63,541 nucleotides of DNA from an uncultured Methylotenera sp. GTDB lineage: Bacteria > Pseudomonadota > Gammaproteobacteria > Burkholderiales > Methylophilaceae. The DNA is taken from the NCBI GenBank assembly GCA_902168195.1, contig CABHOJ010000062.1, positions 1 to 63,541 on the forward strand. Reading direction: 5' to 3'. The position numbers were made by a program, and so were the translations under genes. Shown here piece after piece: positions 61,301 to 63,541 of the stretch (its first letter is position 1; every line of letters starts with the position of its first letter). Below the pieces are notes generated by a model. The model saw only the letters and a list, made by a program, of their open reading frames with translations, did no database searches and was not told where the DNA came from.

Positions 61301-63541
61301 GATCGCGTCAATCGCCATCAGCGTGTCGTAGGGCAGGAAGGCCAGTGTCATCACCGCCAGCATCAGCGGTTTGCTCACCGACCGTCCGGTCAAGATCCAT
61401 TGCACTGACCAGGGATGCTGGTCAGGTTTGCGCAACAACTCGATCACGCCGCGCAGCAACGCGGGCACGATGAGGATACCCGCGACGATGGCCAGCCAGG
61501 CCCAGAGCGGTAATGGGCCCAGCCACCAACCGCCGAGCAATAACGCCAGCAGAGCAGGTGAGATCAGGCTGCGCCGCAGGTTGTCGATGATCTTCCAGAT
61601 CGAGAGTGCGGACAAGGCGTTGGGCTGCCGTGGCGTCCGGCCGTCTTGTGCAGAATGGGCGCCGGGCACCGTCGGCAGCAACCAGCCCGCCAGCTGCCAG
61701 TCGCCCCTGATCCAGCGGTGTCGGCGGCTCGCCTCTACCACATAGCTCGCGGGATGCTCCTCGATGAGGTCGACATCGGTGATTAGCGCCGAGCGCGCGT
61801 AGCCACTCTCCAGCAGATCGTGGCTCAGGATCAGGTTCTCGGGGAAACGGCCTTCGAGCGCCTGCCGGAACGCATCGACGTCGTAGATGCCCTTGCCGAT
61901 GAAGGAGCCTTCGCCGAACAGGTCCTGATAGAGATCCGACACCTCCCGCGTATAGGGGTCGATGCCGGATTCCCCGGCAAATAGCCAGGTGAACCAGGAC
62001 TTGCCTGCGCTTGCCAGGCTGGCAGAAGCGCGCGGCTGCAGGATGGCGTAGCCCTCGGTGATGCGGCCGAGGTGCGCGTCGTACACCGGCCGATTGAGGC
62101 GATGCGCCATATTGCCGATGAGCGCATGTGCGGTGTCCCGAGGCAACTGGGTATCGGTATCGAGCGTGATGACGTAACGGATCGAGGCGAGCCGTGACTG
62201 GTCGCCGACGATGTCTGAGAACGCCGTCGATGCGCCGCCCCTAAGCAAGGTGTTAAATTGCTCGATCTTGCCGCGTTTGCGCTCATAACCCATCCAGACT
62301 TTTTCGTGCGGGTTCCATAGGCGTGGACGGTGAAAGAGGTAGAACATGCCTGTGCCATCGGTGCCATACGTCTCGTTGAGTCGCTCGATACCGGCCCGCG
62401 CATGCCCTATCAAAGCTGCATCCTGCGGCATCACGCTGGCAGCCGCATCCTTGAAGTCGGTCAGCAAGGCGAAGTAGAGGTTGGGGTCGCGATTACCGAG
62501 GTAGCGGATCTCCAGGGCCTCGATCAGGTCATCGATCTCGGCGATCTCACTGATGAGGCAGGGCACGATGACCATGGTGCGGTGCGCGTCTGGGATGCCC
62601 TTGGAAAAATCCAGCCTCGGCAGGACACGTGGCGGCAACAGCAGCGTCACCACAAGATTGACCACCGGGATGACGAAGGCGGCGCAGGCGAGACTGCCGG
62701 TCAGGGCAAAGAACCAGAAACGCCAATCCGATAGCGCGAACCAGCCACTGAGCCAGAACACGCTCCACCATGCCGGACCGCTCAAGGTAAGGATCAACCC
62801 GAGATAGAGCGGCAAGCGGAAGCGTTTAGCCAATCGCCGGACTTGCGAGGTCCACAGTAACCGATCGCAGACTGCGGCTTCCAGCAGCGGCCGCCCTTCA
62901 GCGATCAGGTAATACCCGACATGCGCCGTGCGATGACTGACCCCAGACTGGAGCGCAGCTTGCTGTGCAAGGTCGATGGCTCTGTGGGCCAATGCAGATT
63001 CACTGACGCGACAGTCTCTTGCGAAGTCCTCGACCGCATGGCGGTAACGATCCCGCGTGGCGAAGTCCTGTGCTCGATACATGCCGGCGGGATCGTCATG
63101 GAGGATATGTTCGATGACGCTGAGCGACTCCACATAGTCGCGCCAGTTCATCAGACCGATGAATCGCAGGCTGGCGATGCTATTGGCGATGGATATCTGG
63201 TTGGCGGCTGCGGTACGGCTGGCGGCTTCGGAAAGCTGTGCTGCAGTGACGCCCTGTTCCAGCAGGGATTGCTCGACCCAGGTCTGGACGAAGGCCATGG
63301 CTTGCCCCTGGACCTGCAGGCGGGCGTAGAACTCCTCGACGAATGGTGCCGTCAACGGCACATCGGCATCGACGAATTTCGCCAGCAGCTGGATCAGTTT
63401 CTTGGGTTCGTTCTCCACCGTGGCCAGCATGCGGTCGGCCCAGCTGGTGGCGGCATCGCGTTCTGCGCGCCGGCTCGCGATACGTAGACCGACCCGCCTG
63501 AGGTTCTCCAGCAAGGCCAGCTGCAACATGATGGGGAACGC
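55337..63541 (-). CDS. ndvB: Cyclic beta-1,2-glucan synthase (NdvB/ChvB/Cgs type: GT84 + TM region + GH94-like phosphorylase domain); 5' end lies beyond the window
   Basis: More than 2730 codons are open, and the frame stays open to the window edge (AFPI precedes the first ATG). GT motifs VITLDTDTQLPRD and RRHRWIRGDWQ. Multiple TM blocks. Long C-terminal glycoside-phosphorylase-like region. Confidence 0.85.
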   Translation of the reverse strand, partial: AFPIMLQLALLENLRRVGLRIASRRAERDAATSWADRMLATVENEPKKLIQLLAKFVDADVPLTAPFVEEFYARLQVQGQAMAFVQTWVEQSLLEQGVTAAQLSEAASRTAAANQISIANSIASLRFIGLMNWRDYVESLSVIEHILHDDPAGMYRAQDFATRDRYRHAVEDFARDCRVSESALAHRAIDLAQQAALQSGVSHRTAHVGYYLIAEGRPLLEAAVCDRLLWTSQVRRLAKRFRLPLYLGLILTLSGPAWWSVFWLSGWFALSDWRFWFFALTGSLACAAFVIPVVNLVVTLLLPPRVLPRLDFSKGIPDAHRTMVIVPCLISEIAEIDDLIEALEIRYLGNRDPNLYFALLTDFKDAAASVMPQDAALIGHARAGIERLNETYGTDGTGMFYLFHRPRLWNPHEKVWMGYERKRGKIEQFNTLLRGGASTAFSDIVGDQSRLASIRYVITLDTDTQLPRDTAHALIGNMAHRLNRPVYDAHLGRITEGYAILQPRASASLASAGKSWFTWLFAGESGIDPYTREVSDLYQDLFGEGSFIGKGIYDVDAFRQALEGRFPENLILSHDLLESGYARSALITDVDLIEEHPASYVVEASRRHRWIRGDWQLAGWLLPTVPGAHSAQDGRTPRQPNALSALSIWKIIDNLRRSLISPALLALLLGGWWLGPLPLWAWLAIVAGILIVPALLRGVIELLRKPDQHPWSVQWILTGRSVSKPLMLAVMTLAFLPYDTLMAIDAILRSAGRQLFTRRGLLLWHLPTYVTRNRRSSVGDFLAEMWIGPMTAFVLAVVLWHLHPAELMQAMPLLLLWCASPWMGWWISRPFATDAQALSPHQRSFLQASARRTWRYFAQFVSAEDHWLPPDNFQEHPAQQIATRTSPTNIGMALLANQAAYDLGYIGAAELLTRTANTLATMEKLERYRGHFYNWYDTRSLELLRPQYISSVDSGNLSGSLLTLQAGLLELRTHPVLSTRMFLGLQDTLQALQESLVASVEPGSFGWLVAWQEKLQALSQPDVAPISLAAADAALAELQAMTAMPLLPAAELDGESGYWIAAFERQIASLREDIGALVPDLARHSQMPTLASLAEETMVQAGAFPSAPASMVARYPAAVGRLALIDELVARCSELATMDFEFLYDSASDLLSIGYDVGERRRDPACYDLLASEARLASFLLIAEGQLPQKHWFSLGRLLTSHSGDMSLISWSGSMFEYLMPRLMMPSYENTLLDQTYRAAVSRQIEYGKQRGVPWGISESCYYATDMHQVYQYRAFGVPGLGFKRGLADDLVIAPYASALALIVTPQEACQNLQRLASEGFLGPYGFYEAIDYTPSRVPPGKQHAVVRAFMAHHQGMSLLAFTDVLLGSPTQRRFMSIPSVKATALLLQERLPKHGATLHPHAAEVNAAAKPVTEEGGATMRLFTDPNTPNPEVHLLSNGRYHVMATNAGGGYSRWRDMSVTRWREDATTDSWGSFIYLRDRDDGYYWSAAHQPTLRKADHYEAIFVQARAEYRRRDQAIEAHTEITVSPEDDVEIRRVTLTNQSSRRRRIEITSYSEVVLAPLNADLAHRAFSNLFVQTEILPERQAILCTRRPRTPDEQVPWMFHLLAAPGANSEGPSYETDRARFIGRGRTSADPRAMDPAEDASSASGALSNTDGSVLDPVVAIRRTVILAPDESAAVQIVSGMADTREAALALLEKYCDRHFVERAFEMAWFQSQEVLRLINASEADARVYGRMASAIVYCNALRRAAPSVIARNRLGQSGLWGFGVSGDLPIVLLRVSDLGRIDLVKQVLQAHTYWRMHGLAVDLVILNEDFSGYRAALHDAIIGLVNAGPEAQVVDKPGGVFIRRIEDLSEEARVLFQAVARIVLVDSAESLGEQMERRAATERAPERGLERLEPTLERPYEAVYPLVSRPRQFDNGIGGFTPDGREYVITLNTGSHTPAPWVNVIASPHIGTVISESGSAYTWVDNAHEFRLTTWHNDPISDGSGEAMYIRDEETGAFWSPTPLPSPGLTGYVCRHGFGYTVFEHMEAGIASEVCHYVAMDAPVKIVVLKLRNHSGRPRHLSLSAYWELVLGEWRHANHMHISTEVDAFSGAILARNAFGRECASRVIFAHISTTERSVTGSRTEFLGRNGSLAHPAAMRRKRLSGKTGIGLDPCAAMQSQVSLLDGQEHEIVLTFGVAHHPDEARQMIQRFGRPAGATQALEAVSAFWRHTLGAIQVETPDPALDLLANGWLVYQTLSCRVWGRSGYYQSGGAYGFRDQLQDTMALIHTTPHLAREQLIRCAERQFPQGDVQHWWHPPSGKGVRTHFSDDYLWLPYATCHYVLATGDRSVLDESLHFLEGRALNPDEEAYYDQPQRSAEVASLYEHCMRAIKRSVSHYGAHALPLMGCGDWNDGMNLVGQGGKGESVWLAWFLYDNLRLFALLADGQGDGESAGLCNRHADQLRTNIEAHAWDGAWYRRAYFDDGTPLGSAINEECQIDAISQSWSVISGGGLEKRMHQAMTAVDARLVDRDSQLIKLLAPPFDQSTLEPGYIKGYVPGIRENGGQYTHAAIWTTMAFAMLGDKERAWELFGLINPVRHGSNAEEIAKYKVEPYVMCADIYATEPHTGRGGWTWYTGAAGWMYRLIVETLLGLHLEADRLRIRPCLPGAYDSYKMTYRYRATYYHIHVQRQSGEAGQAGVSVLLDGELLPWVEAGNANEAWILLADDHHAHQVQVMVREAAVDVA

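Overview
A 63.5-kb, visibly GC-rich chromosomal segment. Gene content and order look betaproteobacterial: ribF-ileS-lspA, rplU-rpmA-obg-proB, purEK, pilD-coaE-zapD-yacG, argJ, secA next to an M23 peptidase and a DUF721/DciA-like gene, hemJ, olsBA, apaH. I call about 57 protein genes, one tRNA-Arg(CCG), several promoters and several hairpin terminators. I saw no transposase, integrase, phage gene, rRNA, CRISPR array or long repeat, so most of the window is core genome.

The many long ORFs antisense to real genes are GC-driven shadow ORFs. Several track ORFs carry spurious 5' extensions, which I trimmed.

Most interesting observations:
1. An exact sigma-54 -24/-12 promoter drives an ammonium-transporter operon with no PII/glnK gene. 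Instead it has three uncharacterised partners, one of them translationally coupled to amt.
2. An orphan GAF + T2SSE_N + PilB/GspE-type ATPase sits directly upstream of a PAS-GAF-GGDEF cyclase with a GGEEL active site.
3. A sharp ~360-bp low-GC, rare-codon patch lies inside the essential ileS gene.
4. A CueR-type operator precedes a minimal His-rich protein / TolC-like / multicopper oxidase operon.
5. A truncated giant cyclic beta-1,2-glucan synthase gene (>2730 aa) abuts the tRNA.

All functional assignments come from motif recognition by eye. None has been checked against a database.
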